DNA from: Bryobacterales bacterium
GTDB lineage: Bacteria > Acidobacteriota > Terriglobia > Bryobacterales > Bryobacteraceae
Length of the DNA: 64,000 bases
Direction: 5' to 3'
NCBI GenBank assembly: GCA_963735145.1
Contig: CAVTJS010000003.1
Location: forward strand, 2,739,194-2,803,193
In this document: positions 46,367 to 55,090 of the stretch, in pieces
Layout of the letters: the number at the start of each line of letters is the position of its first letter
Numbering within the stretch: position 1 is the first letter of the stretch
Position numbers and translations under genes: made by a program
Notes under the pieces: model-generated
The model's input: the letters and a program-made list of their open reading frames with translations, nothing else
What the model was told of the DNA's origin: nothing
Database searches by the model: none

Positions 46367-49329
46367 CAGAGGATCCGCAGCGAGACCATGTATTCGGTGG
46401 TGATGTGGCCGTTACGATCGGCCGCGGCTGCGTAGCCGCCCGACAACGTGCTGTTCAAGTAGCTGAAGAGCACCATGCGAAGATCAAGCTGCGTTCCCAG
46501 GTTCACGTAATAACCGCGGCTGGGATCGCTGGTAAAGTTGGTCAGCAGGCCGGATGAAAAGAAGGTCAGCCGCGCCCAGTTGACGTAGGCCCAGGTGGAT
46601 CCGAATTCGCGGAAACGTTTGGGCGGCAAATTGTATTCGCCCAGCAGCTTGCCGAAGCTGCGCGCGCCCAGGGCGTCGATACCCACGCCGGGGAAACTGT
46701 AAAATTCGCGATACCGGTCGATGGAAAGATGATCGATGTAATTGTTCCCAAATGCGCCGAAGTAGAAACTGCCGAAGGGGCTGGCGAAATCGCCAAAAGA
46801 TTTTCCCGTGGAAGCCCGCAGCCAGAACGCGCTATTGCGCGGCAACAGAAATCCATGATCGTAATTCCCCCACAGGCTGGGGAAAGCGCCATGCGTGTAA
46901 TATAGGCGCGAGTGAAGGCCCCAAGTGGTGCCTTGCTCGTCATCCACGGCGCCTTGCGCCCGTTCCAGATTCGAATACTTCAAGCCCAGGTTCGCGTCGA
47001 GAAGATTCCCAATGTTGTTGGTGGAGACGTTTTGATATTCGGGGAGCGCGTTGAGATCGGAGTAACCGGCCACGCTCCAATCGAGCGAGAGCGTGCGCGG
47101 CGTATCGTAAAGCAAGTACTGGGTGTGCGCCAGCTTCAACGATTCGCCCTTGCGGCTCAGCTTGGTGGGGCCGAACAGATCGTAGAAATCGGCGTAATTG
47201 TAGTAGCCGGTCAGCTTCCAATCCCACAGGTGAGCGTCGAACGAAAGGTGCGCGCGCTCGTTGGAAGGCAGATTCGGATCGGGCGAGACGCTGGCATCGA
47301 AATTCACGCCCGCGATACGCAGGCGATCCGCAAATTCGGTGCGCATACCCACGGCGGCCGTATCCCTGTATCCTTGCACCACCGGATAGGCTGAAATCAA
47401 CTGGACATTGCGCAGCGGGTCGTAGGACCCGGCGCGCGTAATCAGGTTCTCCGATTTGATGGAAGACGGCGGCGGGAGCTTCCATTTGCGCAGCTCGGGA
47501 TATTTGTTGAGCGTGGCCTGGCCAAAATATTTGACGGCGCTCACGTCATCCAGCGGCTTCACGGGCACGCGCGCCGGGACGAATCCCTTGCTGGTATATT
47601 CGAACGCGATCAGCGATCCGTCGGCCAGCGGTATGGGACGGAACAGCCCGGTTTCGGCGTTGCTGATCACGTCCATCTTCTTCGTCGAAAAATCATATCG
47701 GAACAGATTCGACGCGCCGGTGTAATACGACGAGCCGTAGAGATAGCGGCCGTCGGGTGAATGTACGAAATTGCCGGGCGAGTTGTATTCGAAATCGTAG
47801 AGCACTTCCGGCATCGCCGCCGCGTCTTTACGCAGATCTGCGATCTTAAAACGCACCAGCTTCTGGCGGCCGCTCACATCGGAAATAGCGCCGGTAAGAT
47901 ACCGGCCGTCGGGCGAGACGTCGATATCGAAGATGTCATTGCCGTATTCGAAATCGTGCCGGACCGTCAGTTCCTTATACGGAACCTTAAACTCTACCAG
48001 CGCCGACAAACCATTATTATGACGGACGCCCCAGATGGAGCCATCCGCGCTATCGAACGCCAGGTCTCCGGTGCGAATGTCTTTCAACAATCGTTGGGAG
48101 TGATGCGTTTGGACATCGTAGACATTCAAGTCGCGCAAATCGTTATTGTCGGTGGTGTAGTAGATCTTGCGGCCACGCGGGTCCCAAGTAACAGACGTCA
48201 CGTAATACAACGCCGGTCCCTTGATGTCCTTCAGCTCGTCGATTTTTCCGGTGTCAATGTGAATGGCGGCAAGACTGGCCATATGTGTGGGGTAGCGAAT
48301 AGCCGCATAAATCACGTTATTCTTTGGATCGAAATACGCGCGAGAGACTGACCCTAGAGTTTGCTGCGTCAGCCTTTGCGGCATGGTCACCGGATACTTG
48401 CGGATCTCGGCGAGGTTGGCTTCCTGAAACTTGCGCTCATCGGCGATCCACATTTTCCAGGCGTCGTTCATTCCGATTCCATACACCTGCTTGAAGCGGG
48501 CCCCGAAATAGCGCTTGGTGTTTTCGCCGCGCGTGGTCCACGCGAGCAATTTTTCCGGACCATAGGTGTAACAAAGCCAGGTCATGAAGCGGGTGCCATA
48601 AAGGTAGGAATTGGCGCCGGTCTGAAAGTCGGCGGAGGTTCCTTCCGATTCCAGCCCCACCACATCGTAGATATAGGCGTCGTCGCGGACCATGGCGCGA
48701 AACACCATTTCATCCCAGCCGCCGATGGCGCGGCCGAGTCCGCCGGCCATCCAGGTTTCCATGAAGGTTGCGATGCCTTCGTGAAACCAGCGCGTCGAAT
48801 AATGCCTGGGGCTGGTCAGCGAACTATAGAGAATGGAAACCGGGTCCTCATCGGTAGGCACCACCTTGCCGAAGAATAGCGCGCGAAAGCGGCGATCCAT
48901 CGCATTGGAATTGTCGCCCATCACGATGTGGATGGACTCGTGATTCATGATCCAGGTCATGCGTTCGTTGGCGGGCAGGGTTTCGTAGGTGTAGCTGAAG
49001 GGAGCGATGCCGACATCGATAAAGTTGGACGGTACCGTTCCTGCGGCGCCGTGGCCGTAGTCGCCAAAATCCTCGAGCAAAACGGTTAGTTTCTGCGAGG
49101 GAGTGTAATGAAAGAGATTATTTTCGAAGTTCAGCGCATTTTCGTAAGAACGGATCAGGTGGGTGACCAGGTATTCATGGGCCGGGCTGTAATAAAGAAC
49201 CTCGACGTGCTTGGAGGACTGGACGAAGATCTTAGGATGGGCGGCGAAGGCGGGAGCGCAGAACAGGAAGGAAAGTAAAATGAGTCCCGCTATCCAACGC
49301 GGGACTCGTATGAAAACTCCGTTTAGCAA
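46366..49329 (-). CDS. 987-aa secreted protein: HExxH metalloprotease-like N-domain, PD40/TolB-like beta-propeller repeats, aromatic/Gly-rich C-terminal region
   Basis: It has a signal peptide (LILLSFLFCAPAFA), the zinc motif MNHESIHIVMGD, and repeats such as DVSPDGRYLTGAISD and VHSPDGRYLYGSSYY. The last ~350 aa show an alternating pattern suggestive of a beta-barrel or beta-sheet domain. Confidence 0.65.
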   Translation of the reverse strand: MLNGVFIRVPRWIAGLILLSFLFCAPAFAAHPKIFVQSSKHVEVLYYSPAHEYLVTHLIRSYENALNFENNLFHYTPSQKLTVLLEDFGDYGHGAAGTVPSNFIDVGIAPFSYTYETLPANERMTWIMNHESIHIVMGDNSNAMDRRFRALFFGKVVPTDEDPVSILYSSLTSPRHYSTRWFHEGIATFMETWMAGGLGRAIGGWDEMVFRAMVRDDAYIYDVVGLESEGTSADFQTGANSYLYGTRFMTWLCYTYGPEKLLAWTTRGENTKRYFGARFKQVYGIGMNDAWKMWIADERKFQEANLAEIRKYPVTMPQRLTQQTLGSVSRAYFDPKNNVIYAAIRYPTHMASLAAIHIDTGKIDELKDIKGPALYYVTSVTWDPRGRKIYYTTDNNDLRDLNVYDVQTHHSQRLLKDIRTGDLAFDSADGSIWGVRHNNGLSALVEFKVPYKELTVRHDFEYGNDIFDIDVSPDGRYLTGAISDVSGRQKLVRFKIADLRKDAAAMPEVLYDFEYNSPGNFVHSPDGRYLYGSSYYTGASNLFRYDFSTKKMDVISNAETGLFRPIPLADGSLIAFEYTSKGFVPARVPVKPLDDVSAVKYFGQATLNKYPELRKWKLPPPSSIKSENLITRAGSYDPLRNVQLISAYPVVQGYRDTAAVGMRTEFADRLRIAGVNFDASVSPDPNLPSNERAHLSFDAHLWDWKLTGYYNYADFYDLFGPTKLSRKGESLKLAHTQYLLYDTPRTLSLDWSVAGYSDLNALPEYQNVSTNNIGNLLDANLGLKYSNLERAQGAVDDEQGTTWGLHSRLYYTHGAFPSLWGNYDHGFLLPRNSAFWLRASTGKSFGDFASPFGSFYFGAFGNNYIDHLSIDRYREFYSFPGVGIDALGARSFGKLLGEYNLPPKRFREFGSTWAYVNWARLTFFSSGLLTNFTSDPSRGYYVNLGTQLDLRMVLFSYLNSTLSGGYAAAADRNGHITTEYMVSLRIL

Positions 49330-49342
49330 TGGTTCCTAGTCG

Positions 49343-50029
49343 CTATCGGTTGCCGCCGCCGCCACCGCCGTTGCCGAACGACATCCGCGCCACGCTCCCG
49401 TTCTGAAGCGCATTCAGGAAGCTGGCTTGGGAAGCCAAAAGCCCAAACGTTTGAGAGGCCATGACAGCACGGAAGTCGGTACGTTGCAAAAGGGAGCCGA
49501 ACAGCTTTTCGCCCGCAATCGCCTTGAAGGAATCCGTCCGGAGCAACGCTTCTAAGGGCGCGTTTTGAGCCAACGCCTTGTACTCCGCGCTGCCTTGGAC
49601 AGCCGCGTTCAGATCGGCGTGGGTTCTGAGCGCGTTCTGGAAGGCATTGGATAAGACCAGTCTTGCAAACCCGGGGTTCAGCGCTAACGCGCGAAACTGC
49701 TCATTGGCCAAAAGGGCTGCGAAAGATGCCTGCCGGGACATCGAGGCGAACTCGCTGCTATTCACCAGTTCCTGGAATGCGTGGTCCTTAGCCAGCGACT
49801 TGAATTCGCTGCTTTCCAAAATAGCTTGAGTGGCCACCGGCGCCGAGCCCGGAGCGGCAACGTCGGCCGAGTCCACTTGCCCGTCGCGATAGACATCGCG
49901 CTTACCGATTGCGCCTTGCGTCTTATCCGAGCTGACGTGCGTGTTGGAAAAATAAAACAGGATACCCGCGGCGATCAGGCCGCCCCCAATCAGTATGGGA
50001 AATCTCCATTTGCGTACTAACGAACTCAT
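49343..50029 (-). CDS. single-pass membrane protein built from ~9-residue (xxFxxLxxx) repeats
   Basis: 228-aa ORF with an N-terminal TM helix (FPILIGGGLIAAGILFYF). About 14 consecutive units follow, such as SSEFKSLAK/DHAFQELVN/SSEFASMSR/QASFAALLA/NEQFRALAL/NPGFARLVL/SNAFQNALR. It ends with a Gly-rich tail GNGGGGGGNR. Confidence 0.65.
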   Translation of the reverse strand: MSSLVRKWRFPILIGGGLIAAGILFYFSNTHVSSDKTQGAIGKRDVYRDGQVDSADVAAPGSAPVATQAILESSEFKSLAKDHAFQELVNSSEFASMSRQASFAALLANEQFRALALNPGFARLVLSNAFQNALRTHADLNAAVQGSAEYKALAQNAPLEALLRTDSFKAIAGEKLFGSLLQRTDFRAVMASQTFGLLASQASFLNALQNGSVARMSFGNGGGGGGNR

Positions 50030-50140
50030 CGAGTGCCTCCCTTTATATGTGGCTGCCTTATGTCCTGGTTACGTTATAGAGTGACACAATTCGAAGGGAT
50101 GTTGCAGGCGGGCAAAAAAAGTTTCGACGTTCCTACTTTC

Positions 50141-50581
50141 TCAGCCACCGCCGGCGCCGTCGTCGATCGGGAAAGTAAAGGACAGGATGTTGCGGTCCTC
50201 TTCGCGGCGGTAATCGATGGAATCCACCATGCTCCTTACCAGGAACACGCCTAACCCGCCGATAGGGCGATCGGCCAGGCCTCGCGAAAGATCCGGGGGA
50301 TCGGCTTCTAACGGATTGAAAACGCGGCCAGAATCAGCAATTTCCACCCGCAGCTTGCGTGGACCGGCCGGCGCATAGGCCACCTCCACGGCTCCCATTT
50401 CTGGAGTATAGGCGTAGCGGGCCACATTAATAAGGATCTCTTCCAGGATGAGGTCCAGTTTCGCGAACTCGTCAGAAGCGACGCCGGCCGCGACGGCGCC
50501 CCCGCGCACAAATTCGCTAAAAGCCGAAATCGACCCTGCGCTGGCTGGCAGAACGAGCCGTTTGACCGGAGGATCCATCAC
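50141..50581 (-). CDS. RsbW/SpoIIAB-type anti-sigma regulatory serine kinase (HATPase_c_2)
   Basis: 146-aa ORF. The N-box is LILEEILINVARYAY and the G-boxes are EIADSGRVFNP and GGLGVFLVRSMVD. It overlaps the upstream STAS gene by 4 nt. Confidence 0.8.
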   Translation of the reverse strand: MMDPPVKRLVLPASAGSISAFSEFVRGGAVAAGVASDEFAKLDLILEEILINVARYAYTPEMGAVEVAYAPAGPRKLRVEIADSGRVFNPLEADPPDLSRGLADRPIGGLGVFLVRSMVDSIDYRREEDRNILSFTFPIDDGAGGG

Positions 50582-50910
50582 AGGGTGGCGAGGGCTTCCT
50601 GAGCGGTGTCGAAGACCGGAAACAAGCCGATAAGCCGCGTCATTTCAAATACTTGGCGCGGTAATCCATGCAGCCCGCAGAGGATAAGAGAACCGGAACC
50701 TGATTGCAGCTTTTGCGCCACCGAGAGAAAACATCGCAGCCCCATGCTGCTGACGTACTGCAGGCCATCGAGATCCGCGATCAGATGCTTGGCGCCCTGC
50801 GTGATCCACCGATCGCAGGCCTGTTCGAACTCGTGGGCGTTCTCGGCATCCATGCGGCCCGTCACTTTGAGCAGCACAGCCTTTTCGAGTTCGGTGGGCT
50901 CAATATTCAT
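50578..50910 (-). CDS. STAS-domain anti-sigma-factor antagonist (SpoIIAA/RsbV-like)
   Basis: 110-aa ORF with ..LIADLDGLQYVSSMGLRCFL.., which contains the conserved phosphorylatable Ser context. Confidence 0.85.
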   Translation of the reverse strand: MNIEPTELEKAVLLKVTGRMDAENAHEFEQACDRWITQGAKHLIADLDGLQYVSSMGLRCFLSVAQKLQSGSGSLILCGLHGLPRQVFEMTRLIGLFPVFDTAQEALATL

Positions 50911-51012
50911 AAAGGTCCCAGCTTACTGAAGGCCGGGCGGAGAAAGCAACGCCGCCGACCGCATGTTACGATAACTCAATTCGGTGGGCCCCCAGCCCTG
51001 ATCGAACGTCTA

Positions 51013-51537
51013 ATGAACTTTTCGGACGACGACATCGAGAAGCTTCGGCCGAGGATACGATTCAAGGTGTGCTACGAAGTGGGCTTCTATTGCCCCGATG
51101 TGGATGATATCGTTCAGGAAAGCCTCGCGCGCTTCCTGGTGGCGACGCGTGAAGAGAAGATCCAGAATCCCGCGGCAGTGGGTGCATTTCTGAACGGCAT
51201 ATGCCGAAACGTGATCTCTGAATATCGCCGCAGGAATATGCGGGATGAGCCGATGCCGGAGGTAGTACCTGAACCGCCGAGCAAGTCGATCCCGGAAGCC
51301 GAGCTGTTCGAGCTTCGCCAAGCCATCGCCCAAGGCCTGGACCAGCTCTCCGCGCGCGATCGCCAGGTGTTGCGAGCTTTCTATCTGGAAGAAAAGTCGA
51401 AAGAAGAGATCCTGAAGCAGACGGGCATGAGCGACGAGAACTTTCGCGTGGTGCTGTGCCGGGCTAAGGAAAGATTTCGCGCGATTTATGTGGAGCAGAC
51501 GAAACATCGGAGGCCTTCGCGTCACATAGTTATATGA
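51013..51537 (+). CDS. ECF-type RNA polymerase sigma factor
   Basis: Within ORF 50704-51537 the plausible start is the ATG at 51013 (MNFSDDD..). Region 2 is DVDDIVQESLARFL..FLNGICRNVISEYRRR. Region 4 is LSARDRQVLRAFYLEEKSKEEILKQTGMSDENFRVVLCRAKERFR. Confidence 0.85.
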   Translation: MNFSDDDIEKLRPRIRFKVCYEVGFYCPDVDDIVQESLARFLVATREEKIQNPAAVGAFLNGICRNVISEYRRRNMRDEPMPEVVPEPPSKSIPEAELFELRQAIAQGLDQLSARDRQVLRAFYLEEKSKEEILKQTGMSDENFRVVLCRAKERFRAIYVEQTKHRRPSRHIVI

Positions 51538-52058
51538 GCATGGATTTCCATGAAGATCCGGTCCTACGGGAAGATCTCATCGCGCGCTACCTGCAGCGCC
51601 GGTTGAGTGCCCTATTGACCGAGGAATGGGAAAATCACTACCTGGAATGCAACGACTGCTTCGAGGAGATCCGTGCCACCGAGTTGTTGATTCGCGGGCT
51701 GGGCGAGCCGCTTGTCGAACGCAAACGAGTGAATGACGTCACTGTTCTGGCTTTTGCGCGAGGTACGCAACTGCTGGCGGCATCGCTCGAGTTGAGCGAA
51801 CTGTCCAAAGCGATCCGATTGGAGAGCGACACCAAGGTCCTGATCGATTTGAGCAAGGTGAGCCGGATCGACAGCACCGGTCTAGGTGTGCTGATGGGCT
51901 GCTACTCGCATTCCGTCAAGAACGCGGGCGTGCTGAAGCTGCTGAAGCCGGATGCGCCGGTGCGGCGGGTGCTGAGCATGACCAAGATCGATTCGGTGCT
52001 GCAAACGTTTGAGGACGAGACGGCGGCGATTGAGAGCTTTGGGCGCGCGCCAGCCTGA
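51534..52058 (+). CDS. soluble fusion of a zinc-anti-sigma (ZAS, HxxxCxxC) N-terminal segment and a STAS domain
   Basis: 174-aa ORF whose ATG overlaps the sigma stop (ATGA). The N-terminus has ..EEWENHYLECNDCFEEI.. (H-x3-C-x2-C). Residues ~70-170 form a STAS domain (VLIDLSKVSRIDSTGLGVLMG..LKLLKPDAPVRRVLSMTKIDSVLQTF). There is no TM segment. Confidence 0.7.
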   Translation: MSMDFHEDPVLREDLIARYLQRRLSALLTEEWENHYLECNDCFEEIRATELLIRGLGEPLVERKRVNDVTVLAFARGTQLLAASLELSELSKAIRLESDTKVLIDLSKVSRIDSTGLGVLMGCYSHSVKNAGVLKLLKPDAPVRRVLSMTKIDSVLQTFEDETAAIESFGRAPA

Positions 52059-52203
52059 GGAATCCACGTCGATCCGCGACAGATATCCTACCAGCCGATT
52101 AACTCAGATTAAAGTGTCGTTACATTTTGTACGGGCAGCCGGCCCATACGCCACCGAGCCGCGCCTAATGTCAAGCCTGCGCTAACCTGAGAACACCAGC
52201 CCC

Positions 52204-52725
52204 ATGAAAGCACTCTCCTTTTGGAAGGCCGTCACCCTGGACAAATCCAATCTCTTGGACGAAGTCTTCGCATTGCTCCAGGGGCACAAAGTTCGCTTCT
52301 GTGTGATCGGTGGTCAGGCGGTGAATGCTTACGTCGAGCCGCTCGTCAGCCTCGATCTGGATCTCGCGGTCGCAGTCGATCAGGTCGATGAAGTGCAAAA
52401 GCTCATGGCGACACATTTCCAAACGGAAGTATTTCCGCATAGCATCAACGTGAGCTCCGCAGGCTCGAATTTGCGCGTGCAGTTCCAGACCGATTCCCGG
52501 TACAGCGACTTTGTTGCCCGGTCCTCGATCCGAGAGGTCCTCGGCCTCCGCCTTCCGGTCGCCTCCATTGAAGATGTGCTTCAGGGGAAGGTTTGGGCGG
52601 CTCTAAGTCCGGACCGACGCGCAACAAAGCGAAAGAAAGACCTGCTCGACATCGAGCGCCTGCTCGAATCGTATCCCGCGCTTACTGAAACCATCCCAGC
52701 AGATATTCTTCGCCAGATCCGATAA
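52204..52725 (+). CDS. Pol-beta-superfamily nucleotidyltransferase-fold protein (function unknown)
   Basis: 173-aa ORF. VIGGQAVNAYVEPLVSLDLDLAV matches the G-[GS]-x(n)-D-x-D NTase pattern. A decayed paralogue lies at 45129-45334. Confidence 0.55.
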   Translation: MKALSFWKAVTLDKSNLLDEVFALLQGHKVRFCVIGGQAVNAYVEPLVSLDLDLAVAVDQVDEVQKLMATHFQTEVFPHSINVSSAGSNLRVQFQTDSRYSDFVARSSIREVLGLRLPVASIEDVLQGKVWAALSPDRRATKRKKDLLDIERLLESYPALTETIPADILRQIR

Positions 52726-52732
52726 GATCACC

Positions 52733-52903
52733 GTGCTAATCCGGCAGACTGCCTATTTCGATCCCAACACATGGCTCATCCTTCGCCGAATGTCGGAAGC
52801 GCGGGGCTGCAACAGGCAGGTTCTCATTCGGGAGGCCATTAGGGCGTATCTGCGCAAGCTGAGGCGCCGCAAGGCGACGACGGAACCCGCTCCGCATCGC
52901 TAG
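52733..52903 (+). CDS. possible ribbon-helix-helix (CopG-like) protein, 56 aa, GTG start
   Basis: Own translation: [56 protein letters not shown]. The beta-strand/helix/helix layout fits RHH proteins. It starts 7 nt after the NTase stop and overlaps the convergent E1 gene stop by 4 nt. It is below the ORF-track cut-off. Confidence 0.45.
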   Translation: MLIRQTAYFDPNTWLILRRMSEARGCNRQVLIREAIRAYLRKLRRRKATTEPAPHR

Positions 52904-54990
52904 AACTGCAGCAACCGCTCTGCTTCGGCCGCCAGATTCTCCACCTGCGGCAGGATCTCGTTCTCAAGTTGCGGGTTATATCCAACCCAGGTATCGAGCG
53001 CGCCCACGCGGCCCACCGGTGCATCCAAACGATCGAACAGTTCATTCGCGATGCGTGCCGCGATCTCCGCGCCGTAGCCCCACGACAGGCAGTCTTCGTG
53101 CGCCACCATCACCCGGTTGGTTTTCTCCACCGACCCGCGGATGGTCTCCCAATCGTAGGGCGCGAGTGTGCGCAGATCGATCACCTCGATGCTCTTGTCG
53201 GGATTGCGCTGCTCCACCTGCAGCGCCGCCTGCAACATCTTTTGGACCACGGCGCCATAAGTGATCACGGTCAAGCTCTGCCCGCTTTTCACCACGCTCG
53301 CTTTGCCGAACGGGATGGTGTAATCGGGACCCGGATGCTGCGAGCGATTATAAAGCTCGCGATAAAGCTTCTTATGTTCCAGGAACAGCACCGGATCGTC
53401 GCAGCGGATGGCGGTCCGCAAGAGCCCGCAGGCATCCAGCGCATTGGACGGCATCACCACGCGAAGGCCAGGAATGTGCGTGAAAATCACCTCGCCGCAC
53501 TGGCTGTGATAAATGGCGCCGCCACTCAGATAGCCGCCGATTGCGACGCGCACCACCACCGGCGCGCTGAAGGCATTGTGCGATCGCCAGCGCAGCGTCG
53601 CTAATTCGGCGCGCAACTGCATCATGGCTGGCCAGATGTAGTCGAAAAACTGAATCTCCACCACCGGCTTTAGCCCGCGTTCGGCCAGCCCGATGGCCCG
53701 TCCGATAATTCCCGCCTCGGCCAGCGGACTGTTAAACACGCGGTCGCTGCCGAACTTGATTTGCAGCCCGGCCGTAGATTTGAAAACGCCGCCCTTGCCT
53801 TTCACTTCCGCCAGGTTCGCTTCCCGGCTGCAATCCGCCACGTCTTCGCCGAACACGACGATGCGCGAGTTGCGCCGCATTTCCTCATGCAGCGTGAGAT
53901 TGATCTCGTCCACCATGGTGTGCGCTTCGCCGCTCATCTGGGGCTCGGCTTCGAACTCCGCCGATGTCGGATCGATTTTGTCGGAGTAAAGATACTCGAG
54001 CGCCGAGCCTTTCGCGGGCGGATCGGCACGCAAGACACGATCGGTGGCCTGCTGGATCTCTTGATCCACTTCATGCACGATCACCTGCAATCCCTGGCGG
54101 TCGAGAACGCCTTCCGAGATCAGCCATTCTGGAAAGCGCAGCAGAGGGTCGCGCAATTCTTCGGCTTCGCGTTCGGCTTTGGTCTTATAGTCGCGCTCGA
54201 CGTCGGAAAGGGAATGGGAATAAGGACGCGTCACCATGGCATGCACCAGGGCCGGCCCCTTGCGCGCCCGCGCGTATTCCGCGGCTTCGGTCAGCGCCCG
54301 ATAGGACGCTATCAAGTCGGTGCCGTCCACCTCGATGCGCTTCAGGTTCGGGAATCCAGCCACGAGTTGCGAGACGTTTCCGCCCGCGGTCTGCTTCTCA
54401 ACAGGGACGGAAATGGCGTAGCCGTTGTCTTCAATGAGGAACACCAGCGGCAGATTTTCCAGGCTGGCGGCATTCATGGCTTCCCAAAACTCGCCTTCGC
54501 TGGTGGCGCCCTCGCCGCTTGAAACCAGCGTCACTTCATCGGAAGCCGGATCCAGATAGCGATAAGCTTGAGCGCAGCCGGCTGCTTGCAGGTACTGCGT
54601 GCCGGTGGCAGACGACCTCGAAGCGATGTGCAGCGCCGCGTCGGTCCAGTGGGAAGGCATCTGACGTCCGCCGGACGCTTGATCCAGTCCCGCTCCCACG
54701 GCCGCCAGCAGCATTTGCTCGGCGGTGACTCCTAGCGCGAGCGCCAGCGCGCGGTCGCGATAATAAAGATAAAACCAGTCGTATGCGGGCCGGAACACCA
54801 GACCCGCCGCCGCTTGCACCGCTTCGTGCCCGGCGCCACTGATCTGAAAGTAGATACGGTTCTGCCGCTTCAGCAGGATCTCGCGATCGTCCAACCGCCG
54901 CGCCATATACATAGCACGATAGGCCCGGACCAACTGCTCTTGCGAGAGCGAGGTATCCACTGGTGTTTGTACGCGGGTGGGCGTTGCCAT
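52900..54990 (-). CDS. fused E1 alpha/beta subunit of a 2-oxoacid (branched-chain/pyruvate-type) dehydrogenase, TPP-dependent
   Basis: Within ORF 52900-55425 the start is taken at the ATG at 54990 (MATPTRVQ..). The alpha part is ..[30 protein letters not shown].. The beta part is ..[28 protein letters not shown].. The upstream 145 codons overlap the divergent SurA-like gene and look non-coding. Confidence 0.85.
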   Translation of the reverse strand: MATPTRVQTPVDTSLSQEQLVRAYRAMYMARRLDDREILLKRQNRIYFQISGAGHEAVQAAAGLVFRPAYDWFYLYYRDRALALALGVTAEQMLLAAVGAGLDQASGGRQMPSHWTDAALHIASRSSATGTQYLQAAGCAQAYRYLDPASDEVTLVSSGEGATSEGEFWEAMNAASLENLPLVFLIEDNGYAISVPVEKQTAGGNVSQLVAGFPNLKRIEVDGTDLIASYRALTEAAEYARARKGPALVHAMVTRPYSHSLSDVERDYKTKAEREAEELRDPLLRFPEWLISEGVLDRQGLQVIVHEVDQEIQQATDRVLRADPPAKGSALEYLYSDKIDPTSAEFEAEPQMSGEAHTMVDEINLTLHEEMRRNSRIVVFGEDVADCSREANLAEVKGKGGVFKSTAGLQIKFGSDRVFNSPLAEAGIIGRAIGLAERGLKPVVEIQFFDYIWPAMMQLRAELATLRWRSHNAFSAPVVVRVAIGGYLSGGAIYHSQCGEVIFTHIPGLRVVMPSNALDACGLLRTAIRCDDPVLFLEHKKLYRELYNRSQHPGPDYTIPFGKASVVKSGQSLTVITYGAVVQKMLQAALQVEQRNPDKSIEVIDLRTLAPYDWETIRGSVEKTNRVMVAHEDCLSWGYGAEIAARIANELFDRLDAPVGRVGALDTWVGYNPQLENEILPQVENLAAEAERLLQF

Positions 54991-55090
54991 CGCTTCTATA
55001 GATGCTTTCCCCGCTTCTAGTTTATCAGCGGGACGGGAACCCGATGGGGGCCTCTTATACCTGACCACAAGCCGCGCCCTTTCGTCCATA

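Noticed and set aside
50704-51012. N-terminal extension of the sigma factor ORF
   Set aside because: It overlaps the divergent STAS gene. Sigma region 2 similarity begins shortly after the ATG at 51013.
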